DNA of 64,000 nt from Octopus vulgaris (taxonomy: Eukaryota): NCBI GenBank assembly GCA_951406725.2, contig OX597814.1, positions 94,984,001-95,048,000 of the forward strand. The letters are read 5' to 3'. The notes beneath the pieces were generated by a model that saw only the letters and a program-made list of their open reading frames with translations, was not told the DNA's origin and did not search any database. Shown in pieces: positions 43,399 to 58,680 of this stretch; position 1 is the stretch's first letter; each line of letters starts with the position of its first letter. The translations under genes were made by a program, and so were the position numbers.

Positions 43399-43769
43399 CA
43401 ACAATTGAGGGTAAAATTAATTAATTAATCAATTTCACCAAGTATTCAGTATGCAAAGGGACCATTTAAGGCGAATTCAAATTATTACATTATATAAAAG
43501 GGCTTAGTAAAATAAATTACTTTGCCGCATACTGAACTCATTAGAAATAGCAGCTAAAAAAACTTTTTTAAAACTATTTCCAATACTTAAAGAAAATCTC
43601 TCTCGTATAGTGTTTGCTCAATTCAACCCACGGTTGAATTGAGCAAACACTATACGAGAGATTTTCTTTAAGTATTGGAAATAGTTTTAAAAAAGTTTTT
43701 TTAGCTGCTATTTCTAATGAGTTCAGTATGCGGCAAAGTAATTTATTTTACTAAGCCCTTTTATATAAT
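43395..43769. repeat. Near-perfect 281 bp palindrome (43489-43769) plus a 94 bp unpaired tail, inserted in (TA)n
   Basis: Arms 43489-43628 and 43632-43769, loop CAC, only a 2 nt indel seen. Confidence 0.95.
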
Positions 43770-44869
43770 ATATATATATATATATATAAAGAGGCCGCCC
43801 AGTAGTCTCTGATATGAAACATACGTAGAATATTAGCTGTAATTCCTATTTGTGACAATCTTGTAGATAATATTTTAATATATTTAAGAACTTAATACTT
43901 TACAATGTTTTATAGATGTGGAATGCTTAGATTAGAACAGTCTAACAATATTCTATGTATAGTCCGTTGATTACGAACGTCTGAAGTGATTGATGACCAT
44001 AAATCTTGGCTTACGTATGCCGTAATATATCTTGTACGAAATATTAATTCTCTTAGCTTTGCGCTAACATTAGAATCGACATTTCGTACCAAACTGTTAC
44101 CATAACAATTTGTCTCTGAAATGTAAAAATACACGCATTAAACATACATGTATGTAATGATGGATAATTTGACGATCAAATATGTGTATGTGTGTTTGTT
44201 TGTTTTATGTATGAACAAATGGATGGATGGATGGATGGATGGATGGATGGATAGATGGATGGATACAAATAAAATTGCTAGGGATAGCATGCATGTATGC
44301 AGAGGGATATGAATGCATATGTAGTAACTAAATGATTCTAATAGTGACTCTTATTATGGATCCTGGTTATGTGAACAGCACTAGAGTTCGTTTTCTTGAG
44401 GAACATATACCTCTTTCTGTCTATCACTTTCTCCCGCCATACACGTACATTCAAACCCTCACGATATGCGTACGTGTTTGTGAGTCCGCGCGAGTGTGCA
44501 CGCGTGTGCTTGTGTGCGTGCGTGTGTGTACTACTTTCATTTTAAAATTTCTTGAAATATCTAAACTGAAGATGTTGAACAAGAGATAAATTCCTTTTTA
44601 TCTACTATGCAACGATCTGAAACTCGCGTAATAAATGCATTCAAAATATCATTACTTGAATTGTCTTCATTAAGTGTGTGTGGTATATGATATACATATA
44701 TATATATATATAGCCATCCATTCGTCCATCTATCCATCCATACATACATACATACATACATATATACATACAAACATACATACATACATACATACATACA
44801 TGCATAGATACATACATACATACATACATACATACATACATACATACATACATACATACACGGTGGCTA

Positions 44870-44950
44870 TCTTTTCGGGTTCGATAAAATAAGTACCGTT
44901 TACCCCACCCACCAAAATTGCTGGACTTGTGTCAAAATTTGAAACCAATG
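44870..44950 (+). mobile_element. Family A SINE 3' fragment
   Basis: CTTTTCGGGTTCGATAAAATAAGTACC matches the family core. Confidence 0.6.
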
Positions 44951-45132
44951 TTATCTGCTCAAATAACCGTTTGGCCAGTATTTTAGACTATATTGTTTTC
45001 ATTTCAGGAGCATACTGACTTAAATATGTGATCTTACTTTTAAAGGCAACAGAGAGTTTTACACCCGAGTGATTTAGCTATTATTACATTAATAAGGTGA
45101 AGCAACTACACAGAAACTTCCCTCCCCAGCTT

Positions 45133-45342
45133 GAAAGGGTGCTGAAAAGTTCCTGGCTCTGGGTAAAAGAAAATACAGGAGAATCAATCAATTATGATTT
45201 TATTCAACATATTCCCCTCTCAGATTCACACACTTATTGCAGTGGTCCTTCAGTTTTTCTAAACCCTGTAAAAGAACTGGGAAGGTTGGGCTTCCAAAAA
45301 GGCCTTTCGCAATACTCTTAAAGTCAGAAACTTTTCAACATC
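45133..45342. mobile_element. mariner-type MITE
   Basis: Imperfect TIRs GGGTGCTGAAAAGTTCCTGGCT / AGTCAGAAACTTTTCAACATC. Confidence 0.65.
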
Positions 45343-45537
45343 AGACACACACACATACGTATATATACGTATATTAGCTGGCATTCCTGAAATTAAATAT
45401 TCGCTCAAGATAAATAAATCAAAAGAAATAAATCGTTTTTGCGAATAAATCGTTTTTGTACATGTTGTTTAATTGGTAGCCAGTCCACACCAGGCAGACC
45501 TATGACCAAATGTGTTCAATCTGTTGTTTTTTTATGT

Positions 45538-45831
45538 TACGACCAGGCCATCAGATTTTGCTACACATCGGTGGTCACAATGCGCTTCGATTTGTTTTAG
45601 CCTTCAATGACGCCACCCCGATGACTAAGCGAGCAGGCTAATAGAAGAAAGAGTGAGAGAGAGTTGTGGTGAAAGAGTACAGCAGGAATCACCACCACCC
45701 CCTGCCGGAGCCTCGTGGAGATTTAGGTGTTTTCGCTCTATAAACACTCACAACACCCGGTCTCGGAATCGAAACCACGATCCTGCGACCGTGAGTCCGC
45801 TGCCCTAACCGCTGGGCCATTGCGCCTCCAC
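45538..45831 (-). mobile_element. tRNA-headed SINE, family B, nested in an older repeat
   Basis: Minus strand GTGGAGGCGCAATGGCCCAGCGGTTAGGGC (A box) .. GGTTTCGATTCC (B box). TTTTTATGT near both ends is a possible TSD. Confidence 0.85.
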
Positions 45832-46514
45832 GGTATTTTTATGTAATTTATATATATCCAGATCGACAGTGGTCACTGTGTTCTTTCTCTTTTAAGACAT
45901 TAAAGTGGTTTGAGACCGATTTGGTTGTTGTTTCTAGCAAGTCGGGCAATAGCGGTTCCCTCGTGTATTTTAAAATATTGGATGTTTTAGTGGTACAGTT
46001 ATTTCTCAACAAATTAGATTGGTGACGCCATTTTGATTGCCAGTAGTCGGAAACATTTCGGTTGTATCACTAATAACGTTGAGAAAAGGAAAGAATTTAC
46101 AGATTCCTAATCCCATACTATCGCAAATCATTCGGAAACATCAGGACTCGATTGAGGCGTCGCTTAATTCCATTTCCTATGGAATTAAGCGTGTGATTGA
46201 TTGATGCCTGTATGTCTTACTTGATCGCGGATAACTTTCCCACGAGTGCAATTCAATTCGATAATACAAGCCAAAGAAACAGTTATCGGTTTTTATAAAT
46301 CTAGTACCGCTGACAGTGGTGGACGTCACCACATTGTAGAAGCTATATATGCATAGGTGAAGCTAAGTGTCTTAACACATCAAAATATACAAACACCGAA
46401 CCTTCAGTTTTTTGTCAAGTAACTCCGTCCACTCAGTTATTACATTGTGTAAGCCTCAGATTTCCTATCTTTATTTCTTCACTTTTTATTTTCTCTCAAG
46501 TTACTCTCTTAGTC

Positions 46515-46568
<54 letters not shown>

Positions 46569-46636
46569 TCTCCCTCTCTCTCTCTCTCTCGCACACATCA
46601 TATGTATGTGTATGTCTGTGTGTATGTATGTGTGTA

Positions 46637-46678
<42 letters not shown>

Positions 46679-46680
<2 letters not shown>

Positions 46681-47545
46681 AGGTGAGATGGGTACACTGT
46701 CACCATTTTGTATTTTTAATAACGCGCAAGCGCACTGTTTTTGATTTTGTCGACTACACAGTATAGTAGGGTCGGTTGAGCACCGTCTGTGAGAAAAACA
46801 GCACCATAACGCAATTCACTTTGCCAGAAATTTGGAAACGACATGCTGTAATGTTTAGCATTCGCGCCGGAAGCTCCAATATGAACATTTCAGAGTGTTT
46901 GGGTGTCAAGTTGCGGACTGTGCAATCTGAGGACATGTACTGAGATTGATAAAAATCAAATATCCAGTCAACATCATGGTGATCACTTGTGATGGCGAGG
47001 TTATGCCTCCATTCATCTTTCCACAAATCTTCAGATTCAACACGGTGGCCTACATCAAGTGTCTGGGGGAGGTAATGCTGCCCCGAGTCAAGAGCGTGGC
47101 TGCTGGAGGACCCTATGTCTGGCAACAGGACTCTGCAGCATGTCATTCAAGCAGAACCCAGTGATGGCTCTCGGACAATTTCTATGACCACATCACCCCC
47201 TAACATCTGCTCACCTAACTCCCCAGACTGCAACCCCTTTGATTTTTATGTGTGGGGCGCAGTTGAGCGAAAGACCAACGAAACTCCTTGTAACACCAAA
47301 GATGAACTGAAGGTAAGGATTATTTACCAACTTAAACAAGGAGACCATCCAGAACAGTTACAGGAGATTCCGAAGTCGGCTGGAGGCCGTGATTGAAGCC
47401 AATGGCGATTTTATTGAATAAAATTACTTTTTAGTATTTCAAGATATTTTTATGTAATTTTGGTAAATATATCTGTTAAAATGAGATGTCAGTGTTATTT
47501 ACATTTTTGAAGTAATTCAGGCGACAGATTATTCACCGCACCCTG
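46679..47545 (+). mobile_element. Decayed mariner-like DD37D (maT-type) element
   Basis: Remnants IMVITCDGEVMPPFIF, YVWQQDSAACH and PNSPDCNPFDFYVWG, with stops and frameshifts. Diverged TIRs CAAGGTGAGATGGGTACACTGTCACC / GGCGACAGATTATTCACCGCACCCTG. Confidence 0.9.
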
Positions 47546-47607
<62 letters not shown>

Positions 47608-47690
47608 GGTCCCGGGTTGATTCGGGGTTAACCACAGTAAATAAGGTACTCAATACATAGCAGAGTAAAATTAATTTATTATATAGAAGG

Positions 47691-47741
47691 AGCTTCTACA
47701 GGACTAGAACTGTTTCATTCAAGAGAAATCTTCAGGAAGCT
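47691..47741 (-). ncRNA. Type I hammerhead ribozyme motif (left arm)
   Basis: Reverse complement of 50644-50694. Confidence 0.82.
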
Positions 47742-48019
47742 AGTTAACAAGAATTGTATTGGCATTTATACATTTAGGCAGGTTTAAAGGGGTGTTGGTG
47801 GGGGACTTTTTGGGGGTAGGCATAGCGCAAAATATCATACTTGGGGGAGTGGTCAAGGAGTCAGTGTTAAATTAGATAGAAGAATAAATTTAAAAAAAAA
47901 AAATAATAAATAAATAAATAAATAAATAAATAAAAAATAAAAAAAAAAAATAAAAATATATATATATATATAAAAAAAAGGGGGAATAGAGTTTTAGGTA
48001 AATAAGGAGATTCTCACTT

Positions 48020-48260
48020 ATACCTATGCACATATGTATACATATATACACACGCACGTATACACACATGTATATATACACACACGACCACACATACATA
48101 TACACACAGAAAAATATATATACACATACACACACATACACTCACATACACGCATACACACACAAATCCACACACACACATGCACACACAGCACACTAGT
48201 CCCTATATACACATATATACACATACACACATATATACACACACATACATATACATACAC

Positions 48261-48326
<66 letters not shown>

Positions 48327-48735
48327 GTGTACCTATGCATACCTACACATACACACATATATATATACACATACAAATACAGACCCATTCCCTAATTTTA
48401 ATTTTATTATCTTCGTTTATTACTTTTGTTATCTTTGGCCGCTTGGTCACAAACATCTTGGCTATGACAGCCAGTCCATTTGTCTGTCTACTGGAAAACA
48501 AGCACTCATTCACTCACGCACACTCTTTAGCACGTACACTCACTCATTCGTACACTCATACACATACACGCACGCACGCGTTATATTCATACATACATAC
48601 ATCTACATACATTCACGTATATACACATACGTACGCGTACCTACAGATTCATGTCTACACTCTTAGAAGGCTAGTCTATACATATACACCAATAAATATA
48701 AATACACACACATACACGTACACCTACATACAAAT

Positions 48736-48791
<56 letters not shown>

Positions 48792-49012
48792 TCACATATA
48801 TATACACATATATACATACACATACATACATACACATATATACACATATACACACATATACACATATATACACACATACACATACATACATATACACACA
48901 TACACATACATACGTATACATACATACATACATCCATACATCCATACATACATACATTTATACACATACACACACCCACATACATACATATATATACGCG
49001 CATATATATATC

Positions 49013-49044
<32 letters not shown>

Positions 49045-49436
49045 CATATATACATATATATTCATACACACACATACATATACATACATACATATACAAA
49101 TATACGCACACACATACATACATACTCCTATACTCATACACGCACATACACATGTACATGCGTACCCATACACACACACACACACACACGCGCATCCATA
49201 TATACACATAAGTACACCCATGCGTGAAAGTATACATATATCTATGCTTACACATACACACACACACACGCGCCTCCTTATATTCATACTTACATGCATA
49301 CTCAAAAAATAAGTAAATAGTAAAATATATATACGCGCAGTTATTCATACATGCATACTCAAAAAATAAATAATAAATATTAAGTATATGTACGTGCAGT
49401 TACCTATTATATAGACGGATACATACATATAAACTT

Positions 49437-49509
<73 letters not shown>

Positions 49510-49578
49510 CATATATATATACACACATATACATACACACACACACATACATACATATATATATACACACACACACAT

Positions 49579-49611
<33 letters not shown>

Positions 49612-50004
49612 CTTACACATGTACATATAAATACACACATAGATAACTCTACGTACCTACATATACATAAACACACGAGCGTACGCGTATATGTACATAT
49701 ACACATACACATACACACGCATATATATACATACATACATACACATACACACATGTATACACACACACACACATACACATATATATACATACACACATAT
49801 ATACATATATATACATATATATATACATATATATATATATATACATATATATACATACACATACACATACACACACATATATACATGTGTGCAAACATAC
49901 ATACATTCTCATACAAGCACACACACTTACATTTACATATATACACACACTTACACACATATATACATACACATGTACATACATACATACGTATATGCAT
50001 ACAT

Positions 50005-50051
<47 letters not shown>

Positions 50052-50432
50052 CATACACAAACACATACCCATACATATATATACACACATATATATACAC
50101 ATGCACATACTTATATCTCTACATACTCGCATATACATATATATATATATACATATACACACACATACATATACCTATATACATGCATATATACACATAC
50201 ATATATATACACATCTACAATTTGTATCTACACTCACATACCTGCACATACACATAACTCTACATACCTACATATACATCGACATACTCGCGTACACTCA
50301 TATATATACACATATATACATATACACACACACATACATATACATATACATATACATATATATAAACATATACACACATAATACACATATACACACACAT
50401 ACATATATGTATATATATATATACATATATAC

Positions 50433-50460
<28 letters not shown>
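48020..50460. repeat. Degenerate (CA)/(TA)/(CATA) low-complexity tract
   Basis: Directly visible; source of many H/T/Y/I and C/V/M ORFs. Confidence 0.95.
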
Positions 50461-50463
<3 letters not shown>

Positions 50464-50643
50464 ATTTTTTATTTTTTATTTTTTTTTTTTTTTTAATTTA
50501 TTCTTCTATCTAATTTAACACTGACTCCTTGACCACTCCCCCAAGTATGATATTTTGCGCTATGCCTACCCCCAAAAAGTCCCCCACCAACACCCCTTTA
50601 AACCTGCCTAAATGTATAAATGCCAATACAATTCTTGTTAACT

Positions 50644-50694
50644 AGCTTCCTGAAGATTTCTCTTGAATGAAACAGTTCTAGTCCTGTAGAAGCT
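50644..50694 (+). ncRNA. Type I hammerhead ribozyme motif (right arm)
   Basis: AGCTTC CTGAAGA T-TTC-TCTT-GAA-T GAAA CAG-TTCTAGTC-CTG TA GAAGCT. 6 bp stem I, intact core, GUA triplet. Confidence 0.82.
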
Positions 50695-51480
50695 CCTTCT
50701 ATATAATAAATAAATATATATATATATATATATATCCACAAATCTCTTCTATCTATTTCTTACCCAACTTTACCAATGTGTCTAGGTAATGCCCTCTCGT
50801 TTTATTTTAACTATCTCTCCCTTTCTGCCTATTATTTCTTCCTCACTATCATTACTATTATTTTTACCGTGCATCTATGCTTCTGTCTATCCAGCTATAT
50901 ATCCCATTATCTAACTGCCCATTACTCTTTCAATATATATAACCATTCACATATAGGTATCATTTTTTTTTTATCCCTGTCCATTTGTATATCTTCCAGT
51001 TATTTACCTACTGTCCAACCATCAATCAACCTATCTCTTTTCTATCCATCATTTCATTAATCTATCATTATGCATCGACTCTGTAAATTATATTTTACTC
51101 AGCCAGTCCAATTAACTAGCCAGCTAGGTGACTGCATCCCTGTTTCATTCTCTTTCGTTAGCTCATTTTATAATCATCCACTTCCTACTCGCTTCAGCAC
51201 TCTTCTCAGACCTTCTGAACACAGACCTTTCTTCCCCTACCTCTCTCTCTCCCTGTTTGTGTCTCTCTTTCTCTGTATGTCTCTCACTCTCTCTCTCTCC
51301 AATGACGTTATCATTCTTAGATATTTGTTTCCTTTCGAATCTAACAAATACTGTATAAGCTGTGTCGAATTGGAAAATAAACACGCCATTAGAAAAGTGG
51401 ACTGGTAATGCATTAGGAAATCTTATGGCGTAGCATCTGTCTGCTTACTTATCGATGTAATGGAATATTTTATTGGACAG

Positions 51481-51522
<42 letters not shown>

Positions 51523-51829
51523 GCACACACATACACACACACGCACACACACACACATACATATACGTACATATACATATATAAAACTGCAAGCATAGGT
51601 ACAATTAATGTTACATATAAAGCAAAAAGATACATATATACATACGCATACAATTGTACATATACAGACACATATAAATATCCATACACATATATACATA
51701 TACACATATACATACACATACACAAATACATACATGCATGCACATACACTCATATATGTTTACATACACATGCATAAATTCATGCACACGCATACACATA
51801 AAACAACACTTGCACATACATAAAGACAT

Positions 51830-52204
51830 CCATACATGCATGCATACATACATATATGCATATATGCATGCATACATTCATTCATGCATACATACATACA
51901 TGAATGCATGCATACCTACCTACATACATACATACATACATACATGAATGCATGCATACATACATACATACATACATACAGACAGACATACATGAATGCA
52001 TGCATACATACATACATACATACATACATACATACATACATACATACATGAACGCATGCATGCATACATACATACATTAATGCATGCATACATACATACA
52101 TACATGCATGCATACATAGATACATACATGAATGCATGCATACATACATACATAAATACATACATACATGCATGAATGCATACATACATACATGCATACA
52201 TACA

Positions 52205-52238
<34 letters not shown>

Positions 52239-52503
52239 CAAACATACATACATATATACAAACATACATACATGCAAACATGCATATATGCATGCATACA
52301 TGCATTCATGCATTCATGCATGCATACGTACATACATACATATATGAATGCATGCATACATACATATATACATACATACATACATGCATACACGCATACA
52401 TAGAGAACTGCATACATACATACATGCACGCATGCATACATACATACATACATACATACATACATACATACATACATACATACATACATACATACATACA
52501 TAC
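51830..52503. repeat. (CATA)n microsatellite interspersed with CATG/AATG variants
   Basis: Directly visible. Confidence 0.95.
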
Positions 52504-53516
52504 TAAACTACAAACCAAACTAAAAAATTTACACAGCTTTTTATTGCTATTTTTTCATTTGCTCTGTAAAAGCGTCCTATAATGTTTTTTACAATGAAGA
52601 ATATATGTCCAACAATGAGAGAATTATTCTGATGTGAAAAACAGACGCACTTGCTGTAGTTCACTTTTTTATTATTAATTAATCGTATAATTAATTAATT
52701 AATTGAGTTTGTCAAAATCTCTTACCAAAGAACTATAGCCTTTTCAGTGGTTCTTTCTTTAAGTCTGGTATTTATATGTATTTAAGTATCTATGTGTTTT
52801 ATCCTCTTACATGTGCATATGCGTGCGTACGCGTTTGTGTTCTGGTGCGTATGTATGTGTGTTACGTGTGTGTGAGCGCGTGTGCCTGCATGTGTGTGTA
52901 TGTAGTTTTATTACTTAATAGAGTTAGTTCCAGCAAACGTATCTTGATATCTGTAATGAACCAATCAAGTTTAACCTCAGAAAATCTTTGCTGTTTTTAC
53001 AGCAAGACATGTACGATGTATTTAATTTAAATGTCTCGATAACATGCTCCATCATAAAGATAGGTTGATCTTGATAAAAATTCTGACTATTTAACCTTAT
53101 GCTAACTGAATTGGTGATGTTTGTTATAAGTTTAAAGGACTAACTACCTCTTTTGCTCAGGATTTGTAGCTATCCTTGTACTTGAGTTGCAAAGCAATCT
53201 TCGGAATATGATGCGATGTAACAATCACGAGTAATCACGAGCATGAACCTCAAGTTTACATATAGAATATTCTTGTATAACCACTTGTTGATATGCTGTG
53301 TTTCTTCTCTAGATTTCTATTGGTGTTCGCTAATTCAGCAATACTAGTGTCGCATAGACTGCCATCGGAATGCTTTTCGAGCCCACTCATCGTCCTTAAT
53401 ATTGCGGGACATAGAAAGGCTGGACACAATTGTGATGCGAAGAGGAGAGATGGATAGGTCAGGGATGCCTGAGTTATATTGTTCTCATCACTTTTGAGCA
53501 TTTGTGCGTGTATGTG

Positions 53517-53583
<67 letters not shown>

Positions 53584-54120
53584 CAAAAAATTCAGGAAAA
53601 AATATTCGCGAAGATATTATTGACTCTATTATTATCTAGTGTAACAGTTAAAATGATAATAACAGAATCAATAATATAGGCGGTTGCAGGCCCAAAAAGC
53701 ATTAAATAGCTGAAGAATTAAAATTAATCAAAGGACGTACTAAGTAAGTCTACCTGCTGGAAATAATAGTCAAAACTTTTATTTAAATCGCCGAAAAAAA
53801 CTGGTGATAACTACAGAAATCAACCGTATGCTAGGACAATCTCTCAACATGCATTCAAGTATTTGGACTCACGTGGACTGCATTATAGTTCTGGACTGGC
53901 ATTATAGCTCCATCTTCCTCAGTACGCTTTGCCACGTTGAAGTCTGCGCTGCAACTTCATTTTGCGCCGAAACATGGCAGCCACCTGGGTGAAAATAATT
54001 TCAATACGGAGCAAATAATTCAGGAGAAAATATTTGTGAAGATATTATTGACTCTATTATTATCTAGTGTAACTATTAAAAGTGGTAATAACAAAATCAA
54101 TTAAAAATTATAACAGAACC

Positions 54121-54259
54121 AATATTTTCTTGCTTAAAAGCCTATTAGGTTAACCAAAGCCAGCATACGCACACATACATGTGGTGTGTGTGTGTGTGTG
54201 TGTGAGTGTGTGTATGCTGGCCTTGGTTAACCTAATAGGCTTTTAGCCAAGAAAACATT
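54121..54259. repeat. Inverted repeat with ~54 bp arms and a (GT)n loop
   Basis: TAAAAGCCTATTAGGTTAACCAAAGCCAGCATAC versus GTATGCTGGCCTTGGTTAACCTAATAGGCTTTTA. Confidence 0.92.
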
Positions 54260-56120
54260 AGTAACGACTGGAATTTTCTCCATTAACGGTAACATTATAT
54301 AAAAGAAGCTCTAAATAGTAAAGACCGTAAACACTCCGATTAATCAGAAACAATGAAGAATATAGTTTTTCTGCACAAAAAAAGAACGCTTGCAGTTGAT
54401 TTGAATTCTTGGCTCATAATCTGATAACATTAATACTTTAAATAATCTATTCTCACATCTCTACCTTCATGACAGAAAGAATGTAATGAGATTTAGAAAT
54501 GTCTGTAAGAAAATTACACAATGATTATTTAAGCAACTCTAGAGGTGTTGACAGGCCTATTTCAGATGACTTACGAAGGCAAAACAATCTGTATAGTTTC
54601 AAGTGATTAAGTTTATATGTTGCATAATGGTACTAACAATATTATTTCAGGGATGAATAATTACTATAACACATCATAATTTTAAGGATAAGTTTTCCCA
54701 AATTGTTAGGTGTAGTGTCGAAATGTCTCTAATCTACATCTAGAAAAGCGCCAACAGACTTACTGTCTTTAAGTCACTCACCTCCAGCTTCAACTTATGG
54801 TCCACAGACGCACTGTCTCCTCTCTATCTTTGCTCATACCATTATAATGGCCACAATTCTTCGGAGGTGGCTGGGCTCATGTCATTTCTATTCAGGCATC
54901 CCTGATCCATCCGTATCTATTCTCATTACTTTTGCTGTGCCCAACCTTCCACGTCCTGCACTAATTACTACGCCCAATCTTTCTTTCCTAAAATGGCCAC
55001 TCTCTGGGGGGTTTTCCCAGCTCTTTTTTTTTCTTTCATGTATTGACTCACAAAGGTTCAACAGGAACGTTAATTATATCAAAGTCTTGGAGGGGCTGCA
55101 AAGACCATGGGCATTGTCCCTTTTTCCAGATCCATCAAATAAAAACACAACAGCCAACTGAGAGGTCGGCGAGTATTGTGTTGTTCTTATTTCCAAGATC
55201 TTTAACTCTTAAATACACCTGTCTAACTCGCAATAAATAGATACAACAGAGTTAGAACAACTCGTCATTTCAAGCAGTGATAGCATTGTACAATTTACTA
55301 GCTTGAAGTGCCAACGTCAGCCATACTTGTAGATTCGTCAGGTATATTTTGTCAAGATACGCTATATGAAGCTGGAGTCTTCAGTGGTGCTGCGACAATT
55401 TGACAGATTAATGTAGACGCCATTCGATAATTGCTACATAACATTATTAGGAAGTATACTTTTGCAAAAAACTATTTACACTGTTACCTGTATAAAGTGT
55501 TATCTTCATTAAAATATACAAGATATTATCAAACCGAAATACATCAACAGTTGTAATATGAAAGAATTTTGAAGAATTTTATCTTTAAAGATATTTATCG
55601 TTAAAGAGTCTAGAAATTTTCTAGCAAAAGATAACAGAAATGACGTAGTTTTATAACGATTAACTGTAGTTGATTTTCTTTCGCCCAAAGTCAGCCCTGA
55701 TCAAACAAAGTTATTATCAATCATTACTATTCTGCCGTTTCCTCTGATATAATGTATATTGGGTAACATTGTCTAATGAGTTCCTTCTTCTATAAAGATA
55801 TTTGGGTATGATTTTTTTTTTACATAAGGTAAATAGAATCACATCGTCTAATACGACCCTCTTTCCTTTAAGATATCTAGATACGATTTTTCTTCCAGCT
55901 TAATGTATATAGGGTTGCATCATGTAATGTATCCCTTATTTATAAAGATATTTGGGTATGATATAAGGAAGATAAGAATCTTATTTCTAGTGGTTCGAGT
56001 AACCACGTTGAGGCTGCCTGGTTATTTATTATTCATCCGCCCATCCTAAACACACACTTTAAGGCATATGCCTTTGTTTTAAAGTTAGAAAAAGTATTCT
56101 TATTATGATGGACATCATTA

Positions 56121-56329
56121 AGGCGATGAGTTAGCATTATCGTTAGCACGCTGGACGAAATGCTTAACAGTATTTCGCCCGTTGCGACATTTTCAGTACA
56201 AAATTCCGCAGAAGTCGACTTATCCTTTCGGGGACGATAAATTAAGTACCAGCGAAACACTGGGGTTGATGTAACCGACTAGTCCCCTCCCGCAAAATTT
56301 CGGGCCTTGTACCTTTAGTAGACAGGATT
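56121..56329 (+). mobile_element. Family A SINE
   Basis: CGTTAGCACGCTGGACGAAATGCTTA..AAATTCCGC..ATCCTTTCGGGGACGATAAATTAAGTACCAG. Confidence 0.82.
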
Positions 56330-56796
56330 GTAGTGAAAATCATTTCTATATTTTATTCTGAGCTTGCAGTGCTTAGTATCGAATCCTTCTTCACAAGTAA
56401 ACACGCGATATCCAAATGAGAGATTTCGATTTTTTTTTTTTTTTTTACACCTTGAAAAGTAAGCCTAGATACACCCAGATATTTTCTGCTAGAAGCAGTT
56501 ACAAAAAAATTAATAGGAACAATATGTAGATTGTTGTTAGAAGTGTTCATAGACACTTTATAGATTACTCGAAACATTGAAAAGGTTAGAATCCATTAAA
56601 GGATTACCCATGATTTGAACTGACAGAATGATTTTCTGAGACACAATTTACAGTTACTTAACTGACGTGGGACGGGCCGCAAATTTTAAAGAAATTGAAA
56701 TTTTAAATAAACTAAAATGAAGTTTATTTGATTTCTAACATTGGGACAAAGCAACAAATATAGGTGAAGGGTGTATTAGATTGATTAAAGTTCGTG

Positions 56797-56900
<104 letters not shown>

Positions 56901-57404
56901 CTTTTTATTTTCTTCTTTACTTTACCGACTCCGGAGAGATAAAAGGAGGTTCACTAAAATATTGACATCTTCCTAGCTATTGTAGCTTCTCAATAGAACG
57001 TTTAATAAAGAAGTCGCCTCCCTTTCTTTTCCTCTTGCGTTTTGTCTTTGAAGGATAATAGCAGGGAGAGGATCGTTCTAAACATTAATCATATGAATAT
57101 AACACGATTTATAATTAGGACGCTTCTTTTGAACTTACTATATTCCCAACTGAAGCGAACTAATCTAATATCTGCGACACACAATGGAACTTGCACAAGT
57201 GTTGTTTGCAGTGAAGCAGCTATTATACTGACCGAATTTATAGAAAATACAATCCTCAACTTCTAGATTAAAATAGCTTTCCTGTCTACACCACCATCAA
57301 CGATACTATAGTATAATTACGTTTCCAGTGAACACACATATACACATGCACACATTTTCATATATGCATTTACATATATATATATATACACGTAGGTATA
57401 CATA

Positions 57405-57492
<88 letters not shown>

Positions 57493-57534
57493 CGCATACA
57501 TACATATATATATATGTATATATATGTATATATA

Positions 57535-57566
<32 letters not shown>

Positions 57567-57700
57567 CATATATATATACATATATACATATATATATATA
57601 TACACACACATATATATACATATATATACACATATATATATATACATGCATATATGTTCGCGTGTGGGTATGTTTGTATAAATATAACGGTGTGCTTATT

Positions 57701-58030
<330 letters not shown>

Positions 58031-58680
58031 TAAATAAATAAATAAATAAATAAATATATATATATATATATATATATACCAGTATGTAATTAAATATACG
58101 ATATACGTATGCATATTTATTAATTAGATAGAAATACCTAGCTCGTATGTATATGTATATATGTATATATATAGAGATAGGTAGATATAGATATAGATAT
58201 ATGTGTGTGTCTGTGTATATATGTATATATTATATACATATATGTGTGTGTGTTTATATATATATTTATATCTTATTTTGTGGTACACACTGCTGCTAAA
58301 AAAAGTAGATGGCCTGGATGTATTTTAATCATATATGACAGGGTCCAGCAAACTACGACTCGCAGCCTCATTTCAATGAAGTTAACGAGCTTAATTTCAA
58401 TATGGCCACCAATTTTCTTGCATATGTGACGTTACAAACGAAAATTCTTTATTCTCCTTTTCTATCTTTAGTTAGTAAACAATAAGGTTCAATATCGAAA
58501 AATAGAGCAAAATGCTATTTTTGCAGAAGCCTTTAAAAATATCAGTTTCGTATTTATACAAAAGAAAGCTTAAGATGTTGTGCAATCAATATAAGAAGTG
58601 CACGATGTAGAGAGAAACATTTGTACATTCCTAAATTGATAGATTGACAGAATCTCAGACTCTCTTATAATATAGCTAAT

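Larger units (their letters stand above)
47605..50711 (-). mobile_element. Non-coding Penelope-like cassette with 217 bp inverted repeats around a microsatellite body
   Basis: 47674-47890 is the reverse complement of 50495-50711 (no mismatch seen). Each arm has a hammerhead motif. (TA)n lies outside both ends. Confidence 0.8.

Noticed and set aside
45760-45831. tRNA gene
   Set aside because: A/B boxes run into a SINE body with no complete cloverleaf; the same applies to the other SINE heads.
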